From contig JACRKZ010000027.1 in assembly GCA_016235455.1 (NCBI GenBank), forward strand, positions 1-64,000: 64,000 nt of DNA. The letters run 5' to 3'. Shown here one piece after another: positions 29,020-38,983 of this stretch. Made by a program: the position numbers and the translations under genes. Below the pieces are notes generated by a model, which had not been told where the DNA came from, did no database searches, and was given only the letters and a program-made list of their open reading frames with translations. The stretch's first letter is position 1; the number at the start of each line of letters is the position of its first letter. Origin of the DNA: Armatimonadota bacterium (lineage in GTDB: Bacteria; Armatimonadota; UBA10988).

Positions 29020-29747
29020 GTCGCGGCTCGCAACGGCTTCTTGGTGGCTCGCCCCGGTCGGCGCGGATAGGCCTGCGGCGTGGGCTCGACCTTGTCGACG
29101 ACCACGTAGCGGCGGACCTCCGGCTCGCCGACGGCCACCGACGCGGCCGGCGCAGGCAACTCGATGGTCGGCGCGAACCGACCGCCGAGCAGTTCGGGCA
29201 CACCTTGCGCTCCGGCCACCTCCGCCTCCCAGTCGACGCCCTTGGCCAGCACGGCCCGGCCGCCGGGCGCCAGCAGCGGCAGGCAGTACTCGCAGAGAAT
29301 GGCCAGTTCGGCCACGCGCCGCGCGGTGGCCACATGGTAGACCTCGCGGTGCTCGGGCATCTGGCCGATCTCCTCGGCGCGCGCACAGACCACCTCGACG
29401 TTGTCCAGCCCCAGCAGGCGCGCGGCCTCGCTCAGGAACGTGCAGCGCTTGACCAGACTCTCGACCAGCACGACCCGCGTGCCCGGCAGCACACAACCGA
29501 GCACCAGCCCGGGCATGCCGTTGCCGCTGCCCACGTCCACCAGACTGGCCGGATGGCCCACGGCGCGCGCATACAGCAGGCAGTCCACGAGGTGCTTGTG
29601 CCACAGCGCCTCGGGCGCGGTCTCGCCCACCAGGTTCATAGCCTGGTTCCACTCCAGCAGCAGCTCCAGGTAGCGCTCGCAGTTGGCCAGTTCGGGTGGC
29701 GACAGCGGCCGATCGAGCGCCTCGGCCAGCACGTTGGGGCCGTTCAT
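29016..29747 (-). CDS. rsmG: 16S rRNA G527 methyltransferase RsmG (GidB)
   Basis: WN..MNL, KH..D, DVGSGNGMPG, RAEE and TP..YPRRPG. Confidence 0.93.
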   Translation of the reverse strand: MNGPNVLAEALDRPLSPPELANCERYLELLLEWNQAMNLVGETAPEALWHKHLVDCLLYARAVGHPASLVDVGSGNGMPGLVLGCVLPGTRVVLVESLVKRCTFLSEAARLLGLDNVEVVCARAEEIGQMPEHREVYHVATARRVAELAILCEYCLPLLAPGGRAVLAKGVDWEAEVAGAQGVPELLGGRFAPTIELPAPAASVAVGEPEVRRYVVVDKVEPTPQAYPRRPGRATKKPLRAAT

Positions 29748-30589
29748 CAGAGCTTGCCCAGCCAGTCGACCACCTTGCTGACGATCTGGGCGTGCTTGCC
29801 CAGCAGGTCAGTGCCGTGTTCGCTGCCGTCGTACTGCAGCATCGTGAACTTCTTCTCCTCGTGCATGACCTGGAGCTTGGCGGCCGGCACGGCTTGCGTG
29901 TCGTCGGCGCTGTTGATGACCATGGTCGGCTTGGTCTTGAGCTTGCCGAAGGCTTCGGTGATGGTCACGCCGTGGTAGTCCAGGCCCGGCGACATCAGCA
30001 CCAGCCCCTGTACCCGGTCGGGCTGGTCGGCGGCGTACAGCACGGCCAGGTTGGCGCCGATGCTGGCGCCGACGATGGCCACCGGTGCCCCGCCGACCTT
30101 CTCGCGCAGCGCGGCGACCGCGGCGGCGATGTCGGCCTTGGCCTTCGTCCAGTCCTCGGTGCTGAACTTGTCGCTCGACTTGCCGTCGGGCGCGGCAGAC
30201 TTGCCATGGCCGCGCAGGCTGACCGCCAGCGAGGCCACGCCATAGCCCGCCAGCGCCTGGCTGAAACCGTCGTAGTCCTCGCGCGTATGGCCCAGCATCG
30301 GCACCAGCACCACGCCGGCCTTGGCCTTGCTCTTGGTCGGGCGCCAGCCGCTGTCGAGCGCCACGCCGTCGGCGGCCTCCAGCTTGAGCGGCTCGGCCGG
30401 CTTGACCTGGTCACCGGGGCCCAGCTTGGGCGGGACATCGGCCGGCGGCTTGGCGGCCCCGCGCGCAGGCGCCTGGCCGGGCTCGCCCGGCGCCTGGGCG
30501 GCACCTGGTGGCACGCGGTTGGCACAACCGATGACCAGCCCGCAGAGGACGCTGGCCAGCATCACACGACGCAGCTTCATACCCATCAC
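29747..30589 (-). CDS. Alpha/beta-hydrolase lipoprotein
   Basis: Lipobox VIGC, LRGHG, nucleophile elbow GASIG, and C-terminal HG. Confidence 0.8.
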   Translation of the reverse strand: MMGMKLRRVMLASVLCGLVIGCANRVPPGAAQAPGEPGQAPARGAAKPPADVPPKLGPGDQVKPAEPLKLEAADGVALDSGWRPTKSKAKAGVVLVPMLGHTREDYDGFSQALAGYGVASLAVSLRGHGKSAAPDGKSSDKFSTEDWTKAKADIAAAVAALREKVGGAPVAIVGASIGANLAVLYAADQPDRVQGLVLMSPGLDYHGVTITEAFGKLKTKPTMVINSADDTQAVPAAKLQVMHEEKKFTMLQYDGSEHGTDLLGKHAQIVSKVVDWLGKL

Positions 30590-32958
30590 CTCCCGGCCCG
30601 GATGCCCAGGGCCGCGGCAATCACCTCGTCAACGCGCTCGACCGGAACCAGCTTCATGGCGTGGCGGACCTCGTCCGGCAGGTCGCGCAGGTCGGCCTTG
30701 TTGCGCATGGGCAGCAGCACCGTCTCGATGCCGGCGCGTCGCGCCGCCAGCACCTTCTCCTTGAGCCCGCCGATCGGCAGCACCAGCCCGGTCAGGGTGA
30801 TCTCGCCGGTCATCGCCGTCTTGGCGTCGGCCGGCTTGTCGAGCATGGCGCTGAGCAACGCCGTGGCCATGGTGATGCCCGCCGACGGCCCATCCTTGGG
30901 GATGGCGCCGGCTGGCACGTGCAGATGGTAGTCGTACTGCTCCAGCGCCTCGCGCGGCACGCCGAACCGGCCGGCGTTGGCCCGCAGGTAGGCAAAGGCG
31001 GCCTGCGCCGATTCGCGCATCACATCGCCGAGTTGGCCGGTCAGGTTGAGCTGGCCCTTGCCCGGCATCTTCAGCGCCTCGATGAACAGCACATCGCCGC
31101 CCGTGGCGGTGACGCTCAGCCCAGTGACGACGCCCGGCCGCGCGGTGCGCTGAGCGACTTCGCTGTAGACCTTCTCCGGCCCGAGCAGGCGGTCCAGATC
31201 GGTCTGGCGCACGGTGACCCGCTCGGCTTCGCCCGCGGCCACGCGGCGCGCGGCCTTGCGGCACAGCGTGCCGATGGTCCGCTCCAGGTTGCGCACGCCG
31301 CTTTCGCGCGTGTAGGCCGAGATGACCCGCCGCAGGGCCGGCTTGCCGAGGGCGAACTGCGCGCTGGTCAAGCCGTTCTCGTCCACCTGGCGCGGGATCA
31401 GGTAGCGTCGCGCGATCTCGGTCTTCTCGGCCTCGGTGTAACCCTCGATATTGATCACTTCCAGCCGGTCCAGCAACGCCGGCTGCACGGTGGACAGCAC
31501 GTTGGCCGTGGCGATGAACAGCACCTGGCTGAGATCGAAGGCCAGGTCCAGGTAGTTGTCGCGGAAGGTGTTGTTCTGCGCTGGGTCGAGCACTTCCAGC
31601 AGCGCCGAGGACGGGTCGCCGTGGAAGGAGTTGGCCACCTTGTCCAACTCGTCGAGCATGAACACGGGGTTGCGCGTGCCGCAGCGGCGCAGGTTCTCGA
31701 TGATGCGGCCCGGCATGGCGCCGATGTACGTGCGGCGATGACCGCGGATCTCGGCTTCGTCATGCACGCCGCCCAGGCTCAGGCGCTGGAAGCGGCGACC
31801 CAGTGCACGGGCGATGGACTTGCCCAAGCTGGTCTTGCCGACACCCGGCGGCCCGACAAAGCAGAGGATCGGGCCTTTGATGTCGGGCTTGAGGCTGCGC
31901 ACCGCCAGGTATTCCAGGATGCGCTCCTTGACCTGGCCGAGACCGTAGTGATCCTCGTTGAGGATGCGCTCGGCGCGCTTGAGCTCCAGGTTGTCCTCGG
32001 TCACCGTGTGCCAGGGCAGATCGAGGATCAGCTCCAGGTAGGTGCGAATGACATGGTGCTCGGCGGCGGCGGGCGGAATAGCCTCCAGCCGGCGCAACTC
32101 GCGCCGCGCGGTGGCATCGGCCTCTTCGGGCAGCGCCGCCTGATTCACGCGCTCGCGCAACTCGTCGACGGCGGCCGCGCTCTCGTCGTCCTCGCCCAGT
32201 TCGCCGCGGATGGCCTTGAGCTGCTGGCGCAGGAAGTACTCGCGCTGGGCCTTGTCCATCTCGCCCGCGGCCTCGCGCTGGATGCGCGTGCCAAGTTCCA
32301 GCAGCTCCAACTCGCGACCGAGCACGCGCACCATGATGCGCAGCTTGCTCTCCAGGTCATCGGCGGCCAGCACCCGGTAGCGCTCGTCGGGCTCCATGCG
32401 CACGCTGGTGGCCAGCAGGTAGCACAGCTCCAGCGGCGAGCCGACGGTGTCGACGGCTTCCACCATCTCCTGGTTGGACTGCGGCACCAGGTCGGCCATG
32501 TGCCGGTAGTTGTCCTGCAGAGTGCGCACCAGGGCGGTGACGGTATCGTCGTCGGTCTCCAGCACCGGCGCGGCGACCACCTGCGCGGTGGCCGGCGCGA
32601 TGCTCCACTCGGCCGAGATGACCTTGATCCGCTCGGTGCCGTGCAGCAGCAACTGCATCGAGCCATCGGGCAGCCGCCTCATGCGCGGGATGAGGGCGAT
32701 GCAGCCGACCTCGCGCAGCACGTGGCGTGGCGCCTCGGCGCCCTCGTCCTGCACCACGGTGCGCGCCACCACGGCCAGCCGGCGCTCGCCCTGATGGAAC
32801 GCCGCGTCGATGGTACGGATGAGCTCGTGATCCTCGATGTGCAAGGGCAGGAAGAGGCCCGGGAAGAGTACCAACTCGGGCATGGTCAGCAGATGGATGG
32901 GGTCCACGCTGGGCAGATCGAGCTGCTCGGGCGGGACGGGAGTGGTGTCCTGGCTCAT
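30586..32958 (-). CDS. lon: ATP-dependent Lon protease
   Basis: DHYGL..VKERI, GPPGVGKTS, GHRRTYIGAMPG and PKDGPSAG. Confidence 0.97.
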   Translation of the reverse strand: MSQDTTPVPPEQLDLPSVDPIHLLTMPELVLFPGLFLPLHIEDHELIRTIDAAFHQGERRLAVVARTVVQDEGAEAPRHVLREVGCIALIPRMRRLPDGSMQLLLHGTERIKVISAEWSIAPATAQVVAAPVLETDDDTVTALVRTLQDNYRHMADLVPQSNQEMVEAVDTVGSPLELCYLLATSVRMEPDERYRVLAADDLESKLRIMVRVLGRELELLELGTRIQREAAGEMDKAQREYFLRQQLKAIRGELGEDDESAAAVDELRERVNQAALPEEADATARRELRRLEAIPPAAAEHHVIRTYLELILDLPWHTVTEDNLELKRAERILNEDHYGLGQVKERILEYLAVRSLKPDIKGPILCFVGPPGVGKTSLGKSIARALGRRFQRLSLGGVHDEAEIRGHRRTYIGAMPGRIIENLRRCGTRNPVFMLDELDKVANSFHGDPSSALLEVLDPAQNNTFRDNYLDLAFDLSQVLFIATANVLSTVQPALLDRLEVINIEGYTEAEKTEIARRYLIPRQVDENGLTSAQFALGKPALRRVISAYTRESGVRNLERTIGTLCRKAARRVAAGEAERVTVRQTDLDRLLGPEKVYSEVAQRTARPGVVTGLSVTATGGDVLFIEALKMPGKGQLNLTGQLGDVMRESAQAAFAYLRANAGRFGVPREALEQYDYHLHVPAGAIPKDGPSAGITMATALLSAMLDKPADAKTAMTGEITLTGLVLPIGGLKEKVLAARRAGIETVLLPMRNKADLRDLPDEVRHAMKLVPVERVDEVIAAALGIRAGR

Positions 32959-33389
32959 TCGGCGTGCTCCACCGCAATCCGTCGAGGCCCAGGGCTCGAC
33001 GGACGCACCTCGATGGTCAGGAACCCGTCGGCGCAGGTCGCCTTCAGGTCAGCTTGCTCCAGCGATTCGGGGAACTCGAACACGCGCTGGAAAGGACCGT
33101 AACTGATCTCGGCCTGCCGGAACTGGCACGGCCCGCCATAGCATTCCGGCCGCTGCCGCTCACCCGCAATGCGCAGTCGCCGGCCCTCGGCCGTCAGATC
33201 GATGGCCTCCGGCGCGATGCCGGCCAACTCCATGCGGATGACCACGGTGTCGTCCATGGCATACACGTCGGTCGGTGGTTCCCAGGGCAGATCGTTGCCC
33301 CGCGTCTCACCCACCCCGCCGAAGCCCGCCGGAGTTGCCACCCAGCGCCCATAAGCCACCACACGCGGCGTTTGCTGTTGCTTGCTCAT
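32955..33389 (-). CDS. Hsp20/alpha-crystallin small heat-shock protein
   Basis: WEPPTDV, ELAG, L.IAGER, EI.YG.F.R and DGFL.I. Located directly upstream of lon. Confidence 0.9.
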   Translation of the reverse strand: MSKQQQTPRVVAYGRWVATPAGFGGVGETRGNDLPWEPPTDVYAMDDTVVIRMELAGIAPEAIDLTAEGRRLRIAGERQRPECYGGPCQFRQAEISYGPFQRVFEFPESLEQADLKATCADGFLTIEVRPSSPGPRRIAVEHAE

Positions 33390-33424
33390 GCCAGTGCCTC
33401 AAGGGGCGAGAGTCCCCATGGGGC

Positions 33425-33452
33425 AGTATAGCGTGGGGGATCGGCCTGTCAA
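33425..33452 (-). promoter_or_regulatory. Sigma70 promoter of the hsp20-lon operon
   Basis: TTGACA-N16-TATACT on the minus strand. Confidence 0.7.
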
Positions 33453-33507
33453 TCAGGGGAAGGCGCGCTTCGCTCGCGTGCCCGCGCGCGCAGCGCGCCG
33501 TTGTTGT

Positions 33508-35445
33508 ATGCTGCTACCCATGCACATCGCCGTTCTGTTCGCCGCTCTAGTATCAGCGCCACTGGCCTGCACCTGGCAGCCGCTGCCGCTCGACGGTGGC
33601 GGGCCGGTGACGGCGTTGGCGGCCAGCCCGCACGATCCCGCGCTGCTGCTGGCCGGCGGGCTGGGCTCGGGCGTGCTGCGCAGCGACGATGGCGGGCGCT
33701 CCTGGTCGCCAGGCGACGGCGGGCTGCTGGGCTGGGGCGACCGGTGCGTGGCGCAGCTTCTCTACCACGGCACCGACGCGGCCGCGGCCTATGCGGCCTG
33801 TGGCTCGGGTCGCGGCGATGGCGGGCTGCTGGCCAGCACCGACGGCGGCCTGCATTGGCTGCCGCGCAGTCGCCGCGTGCGCTTCGATGCCCTGTCGCAG
33901 AGCCGGCACCTGCTGCTCGCGCGCCCGCTCGATCCCGGCAACCTGCTGGCCGCCACGCTCGACGATGGCGTCTGCCAGTCGGCCGACGGAGGCCGTAGTT
34001 GGCAGTCGCTGGGCCCTGCCGGCCGCCGCGTGCTGGCCTTGGCGCGCGCCGCCGATGGCACCCTCTTTGCCGTGGTGGCCGCGCACACCGACCTGCCGCG
34101 CCAGCCTGGCGGCCTTTTCCGCCGCCGCCCAGACGACGCGAGCTGGAGCCTGGTTTTCCCGGCCGAGCTGCTCGATGTGGTCGTGGCGGCGAACGATGCG
34201 CTGCTGGTGGCCTCGGCCGAGCATGGCCTGCTGCGCAGCGAGGACGGCGGCCTGCGCTTCGTCAACGCCACGCCGGCCGGGCTGACACCCGACCTGCGCC
34301 TGCGCCTCGAGGTCAGCACCTCGGCGCCGACGGTGGTGCTGGCCTACGGCGGCGGCCGGCCCTGGCGCCGCGTGTGGCTAAGCACCGATGCCGGCCAGGG
34401 CTGGCGCGCGCTGGTGGAACCACCGGGCGAGCAGGTCGACACGGGCGACGGCTGGCAGAGCGCCGACAGCTTCGGTCTCGCGCCCCAATGCGCCACCTTC
34501 GACCCGCGCAGCCCGCGCCGGCTGTGGATCGGCGACGACCACACGGTGTGGGGCAGCCACGACGGCGCGGCCACCTGGTTCTCCGGCCATCACGGCCTGC
34601 GCACGGCCAGCGTGACCGCGCTGGCGCTCGACCCGCTTCGCGCCGACCGCGCCTATGTGGGCACGGCCGGTGCCGGCGCCTTCAGTTGCACCAGCCGGCC
34701 GCCGACGGCGCTGGCGCTGGGCGGCAACTGTGTCGACCTGCGCCAGGTCTCGGCCTTGGCGGTACCCACCCGCGGCGGCGTCCCGGTGTTCGGCCATGGT
34801 GAAGGGGTGTGGCTCATGCCGCAGCCGGGCCGCTTCAAGGCAGGCGGCCCGCTCGGCGGGCTGGCCCGCGGGCTGCTGGCGCTGGCCGATGGCGGCCTGC
34901 TGGCCGAGGTGGAAGGTCAGCCTCTGGAACTGAGCCGCGATGGTGGGCTGAGCTGGTCGCTGTGGTCACCGCAGCCGCTGCGCCTGCCGCTGTTCCTCGA
35001 TGGCAGCCCGCGCCACGCGCTGGCGTTGGGCTGGGCGGACGGGCTATGGCGCACTCGCGACGGCGGCGCGAGTTGGGAGTCGTGGTCGGGCGACCTGCCG
35101 GGCCCGCCGCGGCCCAGCGACCTGCTGGCGGCCGTGCCCACGGGCACGGGCCCGTTCTACCTGCGCCATGCCGAGGCGCTGTGGCGCACGCGTGAGGGGC
35201 AGCGCTGGGAGCGCATGTTGCCCAAGCCACTGCGCGCCCTGGCCGTCGATCCGCGCAGCGGGCTGGTGTTTGCCGCGCCGACCGAGGGTGGCGGTATCAT
35301 GGTCAGCGGCGACCAGGGCGAAACCTGGTCGCCGCTGCCGGATGCGCCCGGCGCGCCAATCGACGTGCTGGCCGCCGGCGCCGATGGCCGGCTGTGGGTC
35401 GGCACGCGCGGCTCAGGCGCGTTCGTGGCGACCGTCACACACTAG
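33508..35445 (+). CDS. Secreted BNR/Asp-box (YCF48/sortilin-like) beta-propeller protein
   Basis: Signal peptide and repeated S.DGG.SW motifs. Start is either 33508 or 33520. Confidence 0.8.
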   Translation: MLLPMHIAVLFAALVSAPLACTWQPLPLDGGGPVTALAASPHDPALLLAGGLGSGVLRSDDGGRSWSPGDGGLLGWGDRCVAQLLYHGTDAAAAYAACGSGRGDGGLLASTDGGLHWLPRSRRVRFDALSQSRHLLLARPLDPGNLLAATLDDGVCQSADGGRSWQSLGPAGRRVLALARAADGTLFAVVAAHTDLPRQPGGLFRRRPDDASWSLVFPAELLDVVVAANDALLVASAEHGLLRSEDGGLRFVNATPAGLTPDLRLRLEVSTSAPTVVLAYGGGRPWRRVWLSTDAGQGWRALVEPPGEQVDTGDGWQSADSFGLAPQCATFDPRSPRRLWIGDDHTVWGSHDGAATWFSGHHGLRTASVTALALDPLRADRAYVGTAGAGAFSCTSRPPTALALGGNCVDLRQVSALAVPTRGGVPVFGHGEGVWLMPQPGRFKAGGPLGGLARGLLALADGGLLAEVEGQPLELSRDGGLSWSLWSPQPLRLPLFLDGSPRHALALGWADGLWRTRDGGASWESWSGDLPGPPRPSDLLAAVPTGTGPFYLRHAEALWRTREGQRWERMLPKPLRALAVDPRSGLVFAAPTEGGGIMVSGDQGETWSPLPDAPGAPIDVLAAGADGRLWVGTRGSGAFVATVTH

Positions 35446-36092
35446 GGACCGGAGCCGTGGTACCAGATCTTCCACAGGCCGTCCATCTTCAGCCACTTGC
35501 TGTGCCCATCGCCGAAGCCGACGTTGACACCCTCGAAGTGGCGGTCGATGCAGATGCGACCCATGCCGGTGTTGGCGCCGTCGTAAGCGGTCCAGCCGCC
35601 ACCCGGCGGGAAGGCCGGCTCGGCCGCCAGGTCGGGCCAGGAATCCACCCAGCAACCGTCGCCGAACATGTAGGTCAGCGCCGGCGTGGTCATCTGCGCC
35701 ATGGACGTGCCGTTGAAGACGCCGTTCCAGGTGTAGCTGCCGTTGGTCCCGTTGAACAGGTAGCCGACCTTGGAGTTGCCCCAGCCCGTGCCACGACTGG
35801 TGGACGGGCAGAGCATGATCTGCGTGCTCTTGATGTAGGGCTGAATCTGGTCCATCCAGATCTTCCAGGCCGGAGCACTCCACATGTAGGCTGGGTACGT
35901 CTCGTCGTAGTCCTGGCAGTACTGCATCGTCGCCAGGCCCATCTGCTTCGTGTTGGACAAACAGCTCGCGGCGCGTGACTTTTCGCGCGCCTTGGCAAAC
36001 ACGGGAAACAGAATTGCGGCCAGAATCGCGATGATGGCAATGACCACCAGGAGTTCGATGAGCGTGAACGCTTGTTTCTGTCGAACTCGCAT
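35442..36092 (-). CDS. DUF1559 prepilin-like protein
   Basis: QA|FTLIELLVV.. and [14 protein letters not shown]. Confidence 0.92.
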   Translation of the reverse strand: MRVRQKQAFTLIELLVVIAIIAILAAILFPVFAKAREKSRAASCLSNTKQMGLATMQYCQDYDETYPAYMWSAPAWKIWMDQIQPYIKSTQIMLCPSTSRGTGWGNSKVGYLFNGTNGSYTWNGVFNGTSMAQMTTPALTYMFGDGCWVDSWPDLAAEPAFPPGGGWTAYDGANTGMGRICIDRHFEGVNVGFGDGHSKWLKMDGLWKIWYHGSGP

Positions 36093-36140
36093 GACCTTCT
36101 CCGCGCCATCTCACTTTTCGGGGACGGCGCCTCGCCGCTT

Positions 36141-36169
36141 AGTGTGCACCGACCGGCGCAGCACCGCAA
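36141..36169 (-). promoter_or_regulatory. Sigma70-like promoter
   Basis: TTGCGG-N17-CACACT. Confidence 0.4.
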
Positions 36170-36213
36170 GCGCCATCACGACACGTTTGTTGCGATGCTG
36201 TTGACTCTGGTGG

Positions 36214-37560
36214 CTAGCGGCGGATCAGGACCGGCTCGCCCTCGGCATCGACCGTCACCGCATCGCCCAGCCAACTCAGCCGGCGCACGCGGCCGGTGAT
36301 CCGGGCGATCGGCCCAAGGCGGAACTGCCAGTCCACGGGACCGGGCTCGGGCGCGGTGATATCACCGCGCCCAGCGGTGAGCGCGGCCACGTTGACCCCG
36401 CCGTTGGTGGCCAGAACGCTGTTGACTGGCGGCGGCAGGCGGTAGTCGCGCCAGGCGTTGGGGTCGCCGGCGCAGCCGTCCTCGGCCGCCACGGCCAGGT
36501 TGGCCAGCTCGCGCGCCGTGCAGTAGTGCAGGCAGTGGCGCTCGCCGTCGTTGTAGCGTTGGCCCAGCAGCCGATGCAACTCGTGGCGCGCGGCGCCGAG
36601 CACATCCTCCTGGTCGCGTTCGCGGCAGCCGTGGGTGTGCAGCTTGACGAACACCCAGTCGCCACGCCCCCGTACGCCGACGCCACAGCGCACCCAGAAG
36701 TCGAGCCGGGCCCGCGTGACCGGGCTGGGACGCGCTATTTCGGCCCGCTCAATGGCGGGATAGCAGCCGTGGTGCCAGTCGCGCAGGTTGATGCCCAGCG
36801 GACCGGGCACAAGCAGCAGGCCATCGCTCGGCCGGCCGGCGAGCAGCGGCCGGGCCTGCTCGTGACTGCGCGGCCGACCGGGCGCGCTGCTCGCGCGGGC
36901 GATGCGGTTGGCCCAGCGCGGTTGGGTGGCATCGGGCGTGGGCAGCGTGAAGTCGGCGTAGCAGCCGGTGTCGGCCAGCACGGTCAGCTCGTCGTTGACG
37001 CCGCAGTGCCGGCCGCTGGGATGGCTGTTGGTCAGCGCCCAGTCGCCGTGGACGAAGCCGTAGCGCGGCTGCACCGGATCGCCCAGGCCGAGCAGCGCGC
37101 CATGGCGGGCGAAGGCGGCCCGCGCGGCCAGCAGCTTGGCGCGGAGCGTCTCCGCGGTGTCGCCGTCGTGGTGCAGGTGCAGTTCCACCTCACCCAGGCC
37201 GGCGAAGCACAGCGCGCCGAGCGCGGCCACCTCCCCGTCGCGCCACTCGTCCCACGGGTAGAACCAGGTGTGTTGCGGCGGCCGTCCATCGCCGTCACGA
37301 TGCTGGGCGGCCACCTCGGGCCAGTGCTCGAGCCAGGCGCCGAGCCGCGCGGCGGCGAGTTCGTCCGAGGCGTTGCCGCGGCTGGGCTCGAAGTGGTCGA
37401 CGACCGCGAAGAGGACATGCGTGGGACGTGAGCGCACAACGAAGAAGTTGCGCACGCCATGCTCGACCGCGGCGGGCAGCCAGTGGAGCGCCGACTTGCG
37501 CGCCAGCGCGACCGCCAGCCCGGCGGCCAGCAGGGCCAGGCCCAGCAGCGCGGCGATCAT
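36214..37560 (-). CDS. Membrane-anchored conserved hypothetical protein, putative NodB/deacetylase-like metal hydrolase
   Basis: N-terminal TM helix; His-rich motifs DHFEP, HTWFYP, ELHLHH, FVHGDW and KLHTHG. ATGA overlap with the rpoN stop. Confidence 0.65.
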   Translation of the reverse strand: MIAALLGLALLAAGLAVALARKSALHWLPAAVEHGVRNFFVVRSRPTHVLFAVVDHFEPSRGNASDELAAARLGAWLEHWPEVAAQHRDGDGRPPQHTWFYPWDEWRDGEVAALGALCFAGLGEVELHLHHDGDTAETLRAKLLAARAAFARHGALLGLGDPVQPRYGFVHGDWALTNSHPSGRHCGVNDELTVLADTGCYADFTLPTPDATQPRWANRIARASSAPGRPRSHEQARPLLAGRPSDGLLLVPGPLGINLRDWHHGCYPAIERAEIARPSPVTRARLDFWVRCGVGVRGRGDWVFVKLHTHGCRERDQEDVLGAARHELHRLLGQRYNDGERHCLHYCTARELANLAVAAEDGCAGDPNAWRDYRLPPPVNSVLATNGGVNVAALTAGRGDITAPEPGPVDWQFRLGPIARITGRVRRLSWLGDAVTVDAEGEPVLIRR

Positions 37561-38873
37561 GAAGCTCGCTTCCTGGCGCTGGCCGCGGGGATGCGCAGCA
37601 GGCCGCGGTACTTGGCCACGGTGCGCCGCGCCACATCGAAGCCCAACTCCGCCAACCGTTGCGCCAGAGCGTCGTCGCTCATGGGTCGGCGCGGGTCCTC
37701 GGCGGCGATGATCTGCTCCAGCGCCAGCCGCACCGGCTGCGAGTCATCGAAGAAGGTCTCCAACGCCACGACCTCGCCGTTGGGCAGGATAGCATGTTTG
37801 CCGGCCACCGCGCGACCCACGGTGCTCTCGTGCAGTTCCAGCCGGCGGGCTACCTCAAGCCGGGTCAGCGGCACCAGATGCGCTGGCCCGAGCGCCACGA
37901 ACCCAGCTTGGGCGTTGGCCACCACCTGCGTCACCCGACGCACGGTCTCCAGCCGCTGGTTGAGGCTGGCGATGAACTGCCGCGCCGCGCCGACCAGCGT
38001 GAGCACGTGCTCGCGCTCGTCCTCGGCCACGGCGGCGCCGGCGCGGATCTCGTCGTCGAGCTGCCGATAAGTGTGGTCGACCTGCAGTTGCACGCGCTCC
38101 GAGCGCAGCACGCGCGCCAGGTAGCGCGGCCGCTGGGCGGTGTTGGGCACGATGGCAACTTCCGGGCGGGCCAGGGGCGCAAGGTCGTCGCCCGCCGTGC
38201 CGAACTGCACCGACCGGCCGGGATAGGGATGGCAGTTGTCGCGCAGCCAGTCGGCGCCGGCCTCCACCACGGCGGGCGGCAGCCGCAGCCGACGGGCGCA
38301 GAGGTCGAGGCTGTGCCGGCTGAACGGCTCCCAGCACTCGTCGAGCAGGCGGCGCGCCGCGGTGTTGCAGAGTCCAGCGCGGGCGTGGCGCTCCACCTGC
38401 AGGCGCAGGCACTCGCGCAGGTCACGCGCGCCCACGCCGGGCGGGTCGAGCGCCCAGACCGACTCCAGCACTTGCTCGACGAGCACCACGCTGGCGCCCA
38501 GCAGCATGGCCACCTCGCCGATCGAGGCATCCAGGTAGCCGTCGTCGTTGATGTCGTCGATCAGGCGCAGGCCGATGCGGATGCGTTCAGGATCACGCTC
38601 GCCGAGCAGGAAATCGCCGCGGAGCTGGGCGCGCAGGCTGCTCGGCGCGGGCAGCCGCGCCACCCAGTCGCCCAGGTCGGCGGTGCCGCGGGTGCGCGAT
38701 CGCTCCGGCGGCAGCGTCATCTCGGACAGTTCCAGCGCGGGGTTCTCCGCGATCTGCCGGCTGACCTCGTCTTCCAGGTCGGTCAGCGGCGCGGCCAGCA
38801 GCTCAAAAAACTGAATCATGCGCGGGCTGAGCGTCTGCTCCAGCCTCGCCTGCTGAGTCAGTGTGAGCTGCAT
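37557..38873 (-). CDS. rpoN: RNA polymerase sigma-54 factor
   Basis: ENPALE, DGYL, DPPGVGARDLRECL, HESTVGRAV and RpoN box ARRTVAKYR. Confidence 0.95.
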   Translation of the reverse strand: MQLTLTQQARLEQTLSPRMIQFFELLAAPLTDLEDEVSRQIAENPALELSEMTLPPERSRTRGTADLGDWVARLPAPSSLRAQLRGDFLLGERDPERIRIGLRLIDDINDDGYLDASIGEVAMLLGASVVLVEQVLESVWALDPPGVGARDLRECLRLQVERHARAGLCNTAARRLLDECWEPFSRHSLDLCARRLRLPPAVVEAGADWLRDNCHPYPGRSVQFGTAGDDLAPLARPEVAIVPNTAQRPRYLARVLRSERVQLQVDHTYRQLDDEIRAGAAVAEDEREHVLTLVGAARQFIASLNQRLETVRRVTQVVANAQAGFVALGPAHLVPLTRLEVARRLELHESTVGRAVAGKHAILPNGEVVALETFFDDSQPVRLALEQIIAAEDPRRPMSDDALAQRLAELGFDVARRTVAKYRGLLRIPAASARKRAS

Positions 38874-38895
38874 GGTCGTTCCCGCCTGTGAGTAC

Positions 38896-38929
38896 CAGCG
38901 CCGCGCGCACAGCGCCGCGCGCACAGCGC
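38896..38929. repeat. 14-bp tandem duplication in the rpoN leader
   Basis: CAGCGCCGCGCGCA x2 plus a partial copy CAGCGC. Confidence 0.7.
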
Positions 38930-38955
38930 GCGGCCAAGCCGAAGCCCTTACCTCT

Positions 38956-38983
38956 TCATCGGCACGAGAGTGAGCGGGGTTAA
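38956..38983 (-). promoter_or_regulatory. Sigma28 (FliA)-like promoter upstream of rpoN
   Basis: (T)TAAC-N15-GCCGATGA against the consensus TAAA-N15-GCCGATAA. Confidence 0.5.

Noticed and set aside
30661-33102. Long antisense ORFs (813 aa opposite lon; also 10442-12637, 20456-22321, 40912-43173, 60552-62387 and others)
   Set aside because: These are shadow ORFs typical of high-GC DNA, lying opposite genes with clear family motifs.
33390-33424. CIRCE/HrcA operator or RNA thermometer before hsp20-lon
   Set aside because: There is no TTAGCACTC-N9-GAGTGCTAA, and only weak GC stems without a ROSE or fourU signature.
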